Below are positions 1 to 8,383 of a DNA stretch of 64,000 bases, one piece after another. The position numbers and the translations under genes are program-made. A model generated the notes under the pieces. It ran no database searches and had not been told where the DNA came from. It saw nothing but the letters and a program-made list of their open reading frames with translations. The stretch's first letter is position 1. Every line of letters begins with the position of its first letter. This DNA comes from an uncultured Planctomycetales bacterium (lineage in GTDB: Bacteria > Omnitrophota > Gorgyraeia > Zapsychrales > JANLHA01), in the NCBI GenBank assembly GCA_964489065.1, contig CAZAXH010000004.1, forward strand, positions 82,553 through 146,552. The letters are read 5' to 3'.

Positions 1-986
1 TTGGCCACGCCTTTTTTGATCCCTTCCCGCAGGCGCTTGACATTGGTCACAAAAAGATCGTCCCCGACCAGCTGAATGCTGTTGCCGAGTTTTTCCGTCA
101 GCGCCTTCCAGCCTGTCCAATCATTCTCATACAGGCCGTCTTCAATCGAAATGATGGGATACTGCCTGATCATGTCGTTATAAACCTCAATCATCTCCTC
201 CGGGGAATTCTTCTTGCCGTTATAATCATACATCCCGTCTTTATAAAATGAAGACGCCGCGCAATCCAAGGCGATAAAGATGTCCTGCTCCGGCTTGTAC
301 CCCGCTTTTTTCACGGCCTCCATGATCAAGAGCAGGGCCTCCTCGTTGCGCGAAAGGCTCGGTGCGAACCCGCCTTCGTCCCCCACCGCGGTGTTCAGTC
401 CCTTGGCTTTCAGGATGCTCTTTAAGTTATGAAAAACTTCCGTCGCCATGCGCATAGCCTCGGTAAAAGACGGCGCGCCGATCGGCGCAATCATGAATTC
501 CTGAATATCCAGGTTGTTGTCGGCGTGCACCCCGCCGTTGAGGATATTCATCAGCGGCACCGGAAGAATTTTAGCATCATCCCCGCCTATGAATTTATAT
601 AACGGCTGTTGGGCTTCCACAGCCGCGGCCCGGGCGACTGCCAGGGAAACGCCCAAAATGGCGTTGGCCCCGAGCTTGGATTTGTTATCTGTCCCATCCA
701 GGTCAAGCATGATTTTATCAATCACCTTGAAATCGGCCTCCTGGCCCACCACATGCCCGGCGATGGTCTTGTTCACGTGCTCCACCGCCTTGCTCACTCC
801 TTTACCCATGTAGCGCTCTTTGTTCTTGTCCCTCAATTCGATCGCTTCGTGCTCGCCGGTAGACGCCCCGGAAGGGACCGCGGCCCGGGCAAACGCCCCG
901 GACTCCAAAAGCACGTCCACTTCAACGGTCGGATTCCCGCGGGAATCAAAAATTTGCCGGCCTTTTACGGATTGGATACTTGACAT
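1..986 (-). CDS. eno: enolase (phosphopyruvate hydratase), N-terminal ~328 aa; the gene runs off the left edge
   Basis: Minus-strand translation from the ATG at 986 gives [25 protein letters not shown]... and continues to ...[30 protein letters not shown] at position 1. These are canonical enolase N-terminal motifs. The ORF is absent from the track because it has no stop within the window. Confidence 0.9.
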   Translation of the reverse strand, partial: MSSIQSVKGRQIFDSRGNPTVEVDVLLESGAFARAAVPSGASTGEHEAIELRDKNKERYMGKGVSKAVEHVNKTIAGHVVGQEADFKVIDKIMLDLDGTDNKSKLGANAILGVSLAVARAAAVEAQQPLYKFIGGDDAKILPVPLMNILNGGVHADNNLDIQEFMIAPIGAPSFTEAMRMATEVFHNLKSILKAKGLNTAVGDEGGFAPSLSRNEEALLLIMEAVKKAGYKPEQDIFIALDCAASSFYKDGMYDYNGKKNSPEEMIEVYNDMIRQYPIISIEDGLYENDWTGWKALTEKLGNSIQLVGDDLFVTNVKRLREGIKKGVA

Positions 987-1406
987 GTCATTTCCTTTCT
1001 TAAGATTAAAAACTTCGCACGGGATGGCCAGCCCGCTGCCGGCGCTGACCGGAATATTATTCTTGTCCCTGAAAAATTTAAATATCAGTATGCGGATTTA
1101 TCCCGGGTTTCCCGGAAAAAACAATGCCTGGCCGGGAAAAAGGAAGCGTAAGCCGTATGTCGAATTATGATTACTCGGGCGTTAACCGCCTTCGCGTGAA
1201 GAAATTATCACAGTTTCAATTCAAAGTCAAGCCTAAAACACCCCGCGTCCGCACGCCATCTCCAGATTTTACGCCCCCGCGCCCTTCTCCATGCCCTTTC
1301 TGCCAAGATTAATGCATAAAACCATATTTTATAGTATACTTAAAAAGACTTTTATGTTAATTTGAGGTATCTTTATCAGTAAAATTCTTATTGAAACGGG
1401 ATCTCC

Positions 1407-3089
1407 ATGAAAAAGTTCATCCTCTGGTTTAAGCTGAACTGGGTTAAAACCTCGATCATTACATTCTTCACCCTTGTATTCCTAGTAGGCGCCGTGTTTC
1501 TGTATTTCGGCATCACGAACTTCATACAACTGGAGGCCTTCAGCCGCCGCATGATCGCCGCCCAACTGGGCCTGACCATGATCATGTTCCTGTTCGTTCA
1601 CCTTTTCACGATTCCCTTTTATTTCGGAATGCATATGTACCTCATGCAGGGCGGCGGCTTAGGCAGCCTAGGCAAGGATAAAATCTCCACCGCTTTGGCC
1701 AACGTGAAGTGGGACGAGGTAATCGGCATGGAATCCGCCAAACGGGAGGCGTGGGAACTCGTCAAGCTCCTCAAAGACCGCGCCATGGTCAAAGCCATCG
1801 GCGGCAAAATCATCAAAGGAACCATCATGATCGGCCCGCCGGGCTGCGGCAAAACCTATCTGGCTAAGGCCATCGCCACCGAATGCGGTCTGCCCATGCT
1901 TTCGGCGGTGGGAAGCGAATTTGTGGGCATCTTTATCGGCCAGGGCGCCGCCCAAATGAAAACCCTCTTTAAGCAGGCTCGCGCGCTGGCCGCCATGCAC
2001 GGCGGGTGCATTGTTTTCATCGATGAAATCGACTCGTTCGCCCGGCCGCGCCAGGCGGAACGGGGTTTCGGGGGTGCCACCAGCCATAACGCCACCATCA
2101 ACCAGTTCCTCACGGAGATGGACGGGCTGCGCCAGGCGGAAAACAACCTGGTTGTGATCGCCGCCACGAACGTGCCGGCCGAGGAGTTGGACTCTGCCCT
2201 TATGCGGGCCGGCCGCTTCGACCGGAAAATCACGATCAGCAAACCCAACCTTGATGAACGCCGTCAGCTGTTCGAGTTTTATCTCAAACGGATTCAAACC
2301 GACCCCGGGATCAATGCGGACCTCCTCGCCCGCAAAGCCCTGTGGTTCTCCCCTTCCGATATCGACGCCATGGTGCGGGAAGCGGGACTGATCGCGCTCA
2401 GGGATTCACGGCATATAATTTCCATGAAAGACCTCTCGGAAGCCTACGACCGCGTCACGTTCGGGTTAAAAGCCAACATCACTTTGACGAAAAAAGAGAA
2501 AACCTGGACCGCTTATCATGAAGCCGGGCACGCGGTGGTGGCGTACCTGACCCACCCCACCAACGACGTCATCAAAGCCAGCATCATCCCGCACAAAGGG
2601 AACCTGGGCTTTATCTTTCAGCGGCCCACCGAAGAATTGCACTCGTCCAACCGGGAGCATCTCGTGGCCAACATCAAAGTGAGTTTGGCCAGCTACGCGG
2701 CGGAACGCATGAAATTCGGCTCCACGTCCAGCGGGGTCGGCGGCGGCTCCGGCTCCGACTTTGACAACGCCATGCGCATCGCCCATGTCATGGTGTGGCA
2801 GTATGGCATGGGAAAATCCGGCCTGATCGGGGACTTCCATGCCCTCACCGGATACAATCAGGATTACATCTCCGAGAAGACCAAGGAAATCCTCGACCAG
2901 GACGTGCAAGATATTTTAAAAACCTGCATGAAAGAGGTCGAAGACATCCTTGTGAAGAATAAAGACCTGTTTGAATGTTTCGCGGAACAGCTACTATCTA
3001 AAGAAGAACTTGAATATGATGAAATTGAAGGCATCTTCAATAAATTCGGCGTCCAACCTGCCTGGAAAAAGGCCGAAACGGCCCCATAA
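1407..3089 (+). CDS. FtsH-family AAA+ zinc metalloprotease (divergent, short N-terminal membrane region)
   Basis: Walker A GPPGCGKT, Walker B IVFIDEID, SRH with Arg finger (ATNVPAEELDSALMRAGRFDRKI) and the HEAGH zinc motif are all present. The N-terminus carries 2-3 hydrophobic helices. At 560 aa it is shorter than canonical FtsH. Confidence 0.8.
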   Translation: MKKFILWFKLNWVKTSIITFFTLVFLVGAVFLYFGITNFIQLEAFSRRMIAAQLGLTMIMFLFVHLFTIPFYFGMHMYLMQGGGLGSLGKDKISTALANVKWDEVIGMESAKREAWELVKLLKDRAMVKAIGGKIIKGTIMIGPPGCGKTYLAKAIATECGLPMLSAVGSEFVGIFIGQGAAQMKTLFKQARALAAMHGGCIVFIDEIDSFARPRQAERGFGGATSHNATINQFLTEMDGLRQAENNLVVIAATNVPAEELDSALMRAGRFDRKITISKPNLDERRQLFEFYLKRIQTDPGINADLLARKALWFSPSDIDAMVREAGLIALRDSRHIISMKDLSEAYDRVTFGLKANITLTKKEKTWTAYHEAGHAVVAYLTHPTNDVIKASIIPHKGNLGFIFQRPTEELHSSNREHLVANIKVSLASYAAERMKFGSTSSGVGGGSGSDFDNAMRIAHVMVWQYGMGKSGLIGDFHALTGYNQDYISEKTKEILDQDVQDILKTCMKEVEDILVKNKDLFECFAEQLLSKEELEYDEIEGIFNKFGVQPAWKKAETAP

Positions 3090-3096
3090 AAACCTC

Positions 3097-4119
3097 ATGT
3101 ATTTACATTTCAAGCATAAACCGCTCCTGACCGCCGGATTCTTCCTCCTGTGTTGTTGCGCCGGCTGCTTCCACCGGCCGGTCGACGAGAGCCTGCTGGA
3201 ACCTTTAAGCGAGCCCGAAAAAAAACTCGTGGAGACGTGCAAAAAAGACTACGGAGTCGACATCGTGCTCCGGCGCATGGCCAACACCCTGTGGGTCTAT
3301 GTGCCGACGGAAGACCAGTTCCTGCACCTGAAAGTCAGCGAAGACGGCCCCAAACCGGCCCAGCCGCCGGACGAGGCCCTAGCCATCCACTTTATTGACG
3401 CCGATTATCAAAACGCCGACGGCATGTTCACCGTCCGCTACGATATCGGGAAAACAAAAAAATCAACGGAAGATTATGGATATTCCCTGCAATACGTGGA
3501 ATCGTTTTCCAACCTCCGCCGCCAGATACCCACCGCGATCGGCCGGGCGTTCGCGGACGTGGAAGAAAACGAAAAAACCGGGCAAATGCAGGAACGCGTG
3601 GAAGGCGACGTGGATTACGGCGACTCCCAAAAACAATCCTCCCACAAAACCCTGGTGCAGTCCTATGTTAAAACCAACCCCGTGCCGGACTTTTTCGTGA
3701 TTGTGATCGCCGACATCAAAAACGGCCTGGAATCAAGGATGATATTTTATTTTAAAGATCTCCGCCGCGGCATGACCGACCCGTCGTTCACCGAAGAATA
3801 CACCCGCCGGATCATCGCGGAAAACATCACCGGCAACGCCGCGATCATCGGCGACCGTCTGGGGCGGCACGTCAAGTTCGACAACATCAGCTGGCCGAAA
3901 TTCCTAAGCAAACTGATCGCTTACCGCGTCCGTTATAAATTCGCCATGAGTTCAAACACGCCGTCTGAAGAGATCGACAAAGAAGTGCTGACGGTCACCG
4001 CCACGACCCTGGACATTTATCCATTCAGCCGGTATCAGGGGGTTTTAATGAAAAACCTCGACACGGGGCAGGATTTTTCCTACCGCAAAGAAGACCTCAA
4101 GCCCTACGTTTCCCATTAA
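3097..4119 (+). CDS. hypothetical secreted protein or lipoprotein
   Basis: Track ORF 2971..4119 overlaps the FtsH 3' end. The internal ATG at 3097 gives MYLHFKHKPLLTAGFFLLCCCAGC, a hydrophobic signal with a Cys cluster. No recognisable domain. Confidence 0.45.
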   Translation: MYLHFKHKPLLTAGFFLLCCCAGCFHRPVDESLLEPLSEPEKKLVETCKKDYGVDIVLRRMANTLWVYVPTEDQFLHLKVSEDGPKPAQPPDEALAIHFIDADYQNADGMFTVRYDIGKTKKSTEDYGYSLQYVESFSNLRRQIPTAIGRAFADVEENEKTGQMQERVEGDVDYGDSQKQSSHKTLVQSYVKTNPVPDFFVIVIADIKNGLESRMIFYFKDLRRGMTDPSFTEEYTRRIIAENITGNAAIIGDRLGRHVKFDNISWPKFLSKLIAYRVRYKFAMSSNTPSEEIDKEVLTVTATTLDIYPFSRYQGVLMKNLDTGQDFSYRKEDLKPYVSH

Positions 4120-4305
4120 CACCTCCTGAAACAAGGTTCTCTCCCGGGCCGCGCTTCCGGCTCCGCCTCCGGCACCCACATCCCGGGGAAAAAGTTACGG
4201 CAGAAAAAAAGCCGCTTCCCTGTCGGGAAACGGCTTCCTGAACACCCTTCTTGCGTAAGGGCTATCAAGAGACAAATATTTTCACGCAGCGAAGGAAGCG
4301 ACCTT

Positions 4306-4929
4306 TTAACGCTCCTCGGGTTGATCCAGGGTCACAAACACTTTGCGGCCTTTCACTTTCAAACGGCCCTCTTCAAACCAGGCGATCGCCTCCGGATAAA
4401 TTCTATGCTCCACCCGGTGTATTCTCTCCTCCAGGGTCTCCAACGTGTCCTCATCCTTAACCGGAACCGCCTGCTGAGCAATAATCGCCCCGTTATCAAT
4501 TTTTTCGTTCACAAAATGCACGGTCACGCCTGTCACCTTCACCCCGTACGTGAAGGCGTCTTTCAGCCCGGCGCTGCCCTTAAACGCGGGCAACAGGGCC
4601 GGATGGATATTCAGGATTTTCAGCGGGTATTGTTTGACAAAGAAAGGCGTTAAAAACCGCATATACCCGGCCAGAACGACAAAATCAATCCTTTCCTGTT
4701 TCAAATGAATGACGATGTCCCGGTCAACGCTCTGTTTGTTCGTATAATCCCGGACGTTAAACACCAGGCTGGGAATCCCGGCTTTTTCCGCCCTTTCCAG
4801 CGCGTAGGCTTTTTCCGTGCTGGAAACGACTAATGCCAAATGTGATTTGATCTGCCCTTTTTGACAGGCATCAATAATCGCCTGCAGGTTAGAACCGTTA
4901 CCGGACACAAACACCGCAAATCTTTTCAT
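4306..4929 (-). CDS. purN: phosphoribosylglycinamide formyltransferase
   Basis: The N-terminus MKRFAVFVSGNGSNLQAII and the core ...NIHPALLPAFKGSAGLKDAF... match the PurN formyltransferase fold. Length is 207 aa. Confidence 0.9.
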   Translation of the reverse strand: MKRFAVFVSGNGSNLQAIIDACQKGQIKSHLALVVSSTEKAYALERAEKAGIPSLVFNVRDYTNKQSVDRDIVIHLKQERIDFVVLAGYMRFLTPFFVKQYPLKILNIHPALLPAFKGSAGLKDAFTYGVKVTGVTVHFVNEKIDNGAIIAQQAVPVKDEDTLETLEERIHRVEHRIYPEAIAWFEEGRLKVKGRKVFVTLDQPEER

Positions 4930-5076
4930 ATCACCCCTGTTGATCTTTCTTGACCAGCCCCCTAAAAGCGCTAATCGTGATGTTTTTCCCTCATTTATAA
5001 CATTCTCTGACCGGAAGGGTTATTATACAATAAAACCGCCCAAAAGACAAATATCGCCTCTGTTTCACGCCAAGGG

Positions 5077-6342
5077 CTAAAACAAGGAAATTCCAAGTCC
5101 TTTTTTGTATTTGAACAAGCCCAATAGCCCTAGCAGAGTGAAGGTCCCTCCCACGCCCACCAAAATCCAGGTTCGGTCCACATATTCCGACAACAACGAG
5201 CTGGACAGCATCGCCACCAGAAACGCGAAATGGATGATAATCTCCAGCGAGCTGAACACCTTCCCCAGCATATTTTCGTCTGAAACAAGCAACGCAATCG
5301 TGTTGGCCGCGATGAAAACCGGGCCGATTACAAGCCCCAGAAAGAACGCCAGCGCCGCTGCCACAAGCAGTTGCGGATAAACCCTCACCATCAAGACAAA
5401 CAGGATCATCATCATGCCGCCCGCGAACAGGCAACAAAAAATCGTCTTGTGCCAGGGGATTTTCTTGCCCCAGCGGCCGTAAGCCAACGCGCCGACAAAA
5501 AGCCCCGCCCCGAGAAAGACGGCGAGGACGCCGAGGTCCCGGGTCACGCTTTTAAAACACTCCTGGATAAAAACAATAATGACCACGTACACCGCCCCGG
5601 CCGCGGCCATCAGGGTGAACAAAAGGTTGATCACAAACCGGATGCCGGGGTTGCGGGTGAGATATCGCACCCCTTCCTTAAGCTCCCGGACCACAGAACG
5701 TTCCAGGGCCAGGACTTCCTGCCCGGCCTGGATAAATTCTTTCCGGTCAAAATGCAAACGAAGATCATGAGGGATAGAAATCACAAGAAGACCCGACACA
5801 AAAAAAGTGACCGCGTTCACCACGAACCCGCCCCGTGCGCCGGTCCAGAAAACCAGGAACCCCCCAAACGCGCACCCGAAGACAAACGCCAGCATGCCGG
5901 TTGTGGTCATAAGGGAATTCGCCATGACCAGGTGTTCTTTTTCGACCAGTTCCGGAATGATCGACATCTTCGCCGGCACATAAAACCGGCTGAAGCAAAA
6001 AACCAAAAAGACAATAATATAAATAGGGATCAACGATTTCCAGACGATAAAAATCATCGGAATCAGCATCACCAGGACGCCCCGAGCGATGTCACAGAGG
6101 AACAGTGTTTTACGGTTTTCCCAGCGGTCTACATAAACGCCGGCGATGGGGCCCACGATAAAAACCGGGATGATCGTGAATGACAGGAGTTTGGCCAAAT
6201 CCATTGTTGAACCGGGGCTGCGCTCAGCAATAAGCCCTATCAAAGCCATCTGATTAATGCGGTCGCCGAACTGGGAAATCAGCTGCGCCAGCCATAACCG
6301 CATAAAAGGATAATTTTTCCGGTCAAAAATAAATTTTAACAT
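5077..6342 (-). CDS. MFS transporter
   Basis: About 12 TM helices and an MFS-type N-terminus (NYPFMRLWLAQLISQFGD). The track start at 6402 lies inside repeat copy A, so the start is moved to the internal Met (MLKF) at 6342. Confidence 0.75.
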   Translation of the reverse strand: MLKFIFDRKNYPFMRLWLAQLISQFGDRINQMALIGLIAERSPGSTMDLAKLLSFTIIPVFIVGPIAGVYVDRWENRKTLFLCDIARGVLVMLIPMIFIVWKSLIPIYIIVFLVFCFSRFYVPAKMSIIPELVEKEHLVMANSLMTTTGMLAFVFGCAFGGFLVFWTGARGGFVVNAVTFFVSGLLVISIPHDLRLHFDRKEFIQAGQEVLALERSVVRELKEGVRYLTRNPGIRFVINLLFTLMAAAGAVYVVIIVFIQECFKSVTRDLGVLAVFLGAGLFVGALAYGRWGKKIPWHKTIFCCLFAGGMMMILFVLMVRVYPQLLVAAALAFFLGLVIGPVFIAANTIALLVSDENMLGKVFSSLEIIIHFAFLVAMLSSSLLSEYVDRTWILVGVGGTFTLLGLLGLFKYKKGLGISLF

Positions 6343-6344
6343 GA

Positions 6345-6496
6345 TATGAAGCACTACGTTCCTATTAACAATTTGCCTCGAGGAATGGGCTGACTTCTTC
6401 ATATGCGTGCAGACATCCCCGAAGCAGAAGACCTTGTTATCCTCCCGCAGTCACCCCCGGGACTACCCGGGGTCTTCTGCGAAGGCGGATAAACAC
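6345..6496 (+). repeat. intergenic element family, copy A (5' box, hairpin GCAGAAGACC...GGTCTTCTGC, 3' tail GAAGGCGGATAAAC)
   Basis: The copy contains tatgaagcactacg, then aacaatttgcctcgaggaatgggctgacttcttcatatgcgtgcagacatccccgaagcagaagacc, a nested CCCCGGG/CCCGGGG hairpin, and ggtcttctgcgaaggcggataaac. It aligns to copies B-F. Confidence 0.7.
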
Positions 6497-6589
6497 TATC
6501 TAACCGGCCAAGCCGGGCACAACAGAAAAACCCTCTACAAGGCCGCCGGGACCGGGAGTATTATACATTTTTCTCCCCATGCCGGCCGT

Positions 6590-8383
6590 CTATTTTTCTA
6601 AAATATTTTTGTAAAGCGCATGCGCATGACTATAAATCACATCCCCGGTCTTTAAAAGCGGCAGCAGGCGCCCCAAGGCTTCTTTCGCCTCCAAAGGTTT
6701 GCCCTGCGCCACCAGGCTCGAGGCCCAGTTAAACAAAAAGTCGGGGTTCTCCGGTTCCAGCATGACCGCCCGCTCAAAATGAGCTACGGCCGTATCCAGG
6801 TCCGCGGTCTTGGAACAAATAATCCCAAGCGCGGCATGCGCCTGGGCGTCATTAAAGTCTTCCGTCAGCCGTTTTTCATACTGGTACCGCAGGGCTGTAT
6901 AGGTGGCCTGAACGTTCTTTTCCCACACGTGCCGCAAGCCGCCGGGATCGGTAATGCTCTCATATTGCCGCAGCCCCTCCCACAACCTGCCCTGGTCACA
7001 CAGGGCCTTACCAAGGGCGATACGCGCGTTGACCACATCAGGGGTTAATTCCAAAATCTGGCGGAACTCCCGTTCCGCGTCCGTCGGCTGCCCGTTGCGT
7101 GCGTAGACGTACGCAAGATTATACCGGACCCGCTGATTCCGGGGGTTCAGTTCCAGCGTGCGGCGGAACATTGCGATCTCGTTGCCGGAATAAATGTTCT
7201 GCTGAACTGTCATTAACATAAAATACCCCAGAAGGCCGATCAGCATGATCCTGAAAACCCGGTCCGAAACAAAACGCTTCCGCGCGCCCCAGCCGTAAAA
7301 ACCTTCCACCGCCAAGGCCGTCACCGCGAAAAACCCAATCGAGGCGGAGTACACAAAATGCTCGGCGAGAGAGATATAGCCGGCCTGCACGCCGATAGAA
7401 ACCAAAACCTGGGACACCGGCATCAGCTCGATCACAAACCAGGATATAAAAAACGCCCCCTCCGCCCGGATCCGCCGCCGGAACACGAAGAGGACAAGCA
7501 AGATCAGGCCATATACGCCCAGGGTCAGGCGGACCTCGGGGTCAGTAAACGCGACAAAAAGCCGCTGGGCCCGGTCGAACTGAAGATCAACCGGATGAAT
7601 AAAAATCCGGAAATAGGTCAACACGCCCCGCAAAAAACTTATAAACCCCAAGGCGGCTTCCTGCTGGCTCGGCCAGTAAAAAAGATGCGTAATGCCGAGG
7701 TGCTTACGTAAAAGCAGGTACAAGGCGTCAATCAGGAAAAACGGCAGCACCGGCTTTAAAACGCTGCGCCGGCCCTGCACCGGCATGCGTAAAAACCACC
7801 GGTACGCCAGCATCAAAAGAGGCGTGACGCCGGCCGACTCTTTGCTGAGCAGCCCCAACACCAGACACACGGCCGAAACAATATACGCGCTTTTGCGGAA
7901 TTCCCCCATGCAGAAAAAATGAAACGCGTTAATCGAAAAAAACGCGCTCAAAAGGATCGCCCGGCCCGGCACGTTTGAAACCGCCTCCCACTGCACAGGA
8001 TGAACCGCGAACAACATGGCCACCGCGAACGCGAAAAATTTACGACGGGTCATAAACATGATGGTTCCGAACACAGAGAGAGCGGTCAGGATATGCAAAA
8101 TAATATTGTCCAAGTAATAATAATAAGCGTTTAAGGCGTAAACATAATATTCCACCATAAAGCTGAACGTCACCAACGGCCTGTAATAAGAATTGCTCCC
8201 AAAGAAGGACGAAGAAAACACCTCCCTCAAATGGCTGAAACTGCGCAGGTTCATATTATTGACAATGCAATATTCGTCATCCATGGTTTTAAACTGCCCC
8301 TGTAGGGCAAAAGAATACACCACGAAGGTCATCAGGGCGATCACGCACTGCAACACGATGGTTTTTGACAAAAACGCTCTCAT
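6590..8383 (-). CDS. PMT/TMTC-like polytopic membrane protein with C-terminal TPR repeats (putative GT-C glycosyltransferase), paralog 1
   Basis: The N-terminal ~400 aa has about 10 TM helices and a DD/DE-type loop motif (MDDEYCIVNN) followed by YYRPL. The C-terminal ~200 aa are TPR repeats. The architecture matches DUF1736/PMT_2 + TPR (TMTC-like). Confidence 0.65.
   Translation of the reverse strand: MRAFLSKTIVLQCVIALMTFVVYSFALQGQFKTMDDEYCIVNNMNLRSFSHLREVFSSSFFGSNSYYRPLVTFSFMVEYYVYALNAYYYYLDNIILHILTALSVFGTIMFMTRRKFFAFAVAMLFAVHPVQWEAVSNVPGRAILLSAFFSINAFHFFCMGEFRKSAYIVSAVCLVLGLLSKESAGVTPLLMLAYRWFLRMPVQGRRSVLKPVLPFFLIDALYLLLRKHLGITHLFYWPSQQEAALGFISFLRGVLTYFRIFIHPVDLQFDRAQRLFVAFTDPEVRLTLGVYGLILLVLFVFRRRIRAEGAFFISWFVIELMPVSQVLVSIGVQAGYISLAEHFVYSASIGFFAVTALAVEGFYGWGARKRFVSDRVFRIMLIGLLGYFMLMTVQQNIYSGNEIAMFRRTLELNPRNQRVRYNLAYVYARNGQPTDAEREFRQILELTPDVVNARIALGKALCDQGRLWEGLRQYESITDPGGLRHVWEKNVQATYTALRYQYEKRLTEDFNDAQAHAALGIICSKTADLDTAVAHFERAVMLEPENPDFLFNWASSLVAQGKPLEAKEALGRLLPLLKTGDVIYSHAHALYKNILEK

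Noticed and set aside
1170-1200. Possible inverted remnant of the repeat 3' box in the eno/ftsH divergent region (ccgccttcgcgtgaagaa versus the reverse complement of ..tcttctgcgaaggcgg..)
   Set aside because: Only about 18 nt match, without the hairpin or 5' box. It could be chance. It is mentioned only as a lead.
1668-2297. Antisense or embedded ORFs inside large genes. Examples are 1668..2297(-) in ftsH and 5371..6183(+) in the MFS gene. Others are 29040..30002(+) and 31101..31847(+) in secA, and 32083..32964(+) in prfB. Still others are 34119..34820(+) in pilT, 53480..54313(+), 60834..61577(+) in leuS and 8719..9397(+).
   Set aside because: Each lies wholly within a well-supported gene on the opposite strand, has biased low-complexity composition (R, P, H and G rich), and has no recognisable domains. 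These are typical shadow ORFs of moderately GC-rich DNA.
2971-3096. N-terminal 42 codons of track ORF 2971..4119 (MNVSRNSYYLKKNLNMMKLKASS...)
   Set aside because: They overlap the 3' end of the FtsH-like gene in another frame. The internal ATG at 3097 starts a plausible signal peptide, so the extension is treated as spurious.
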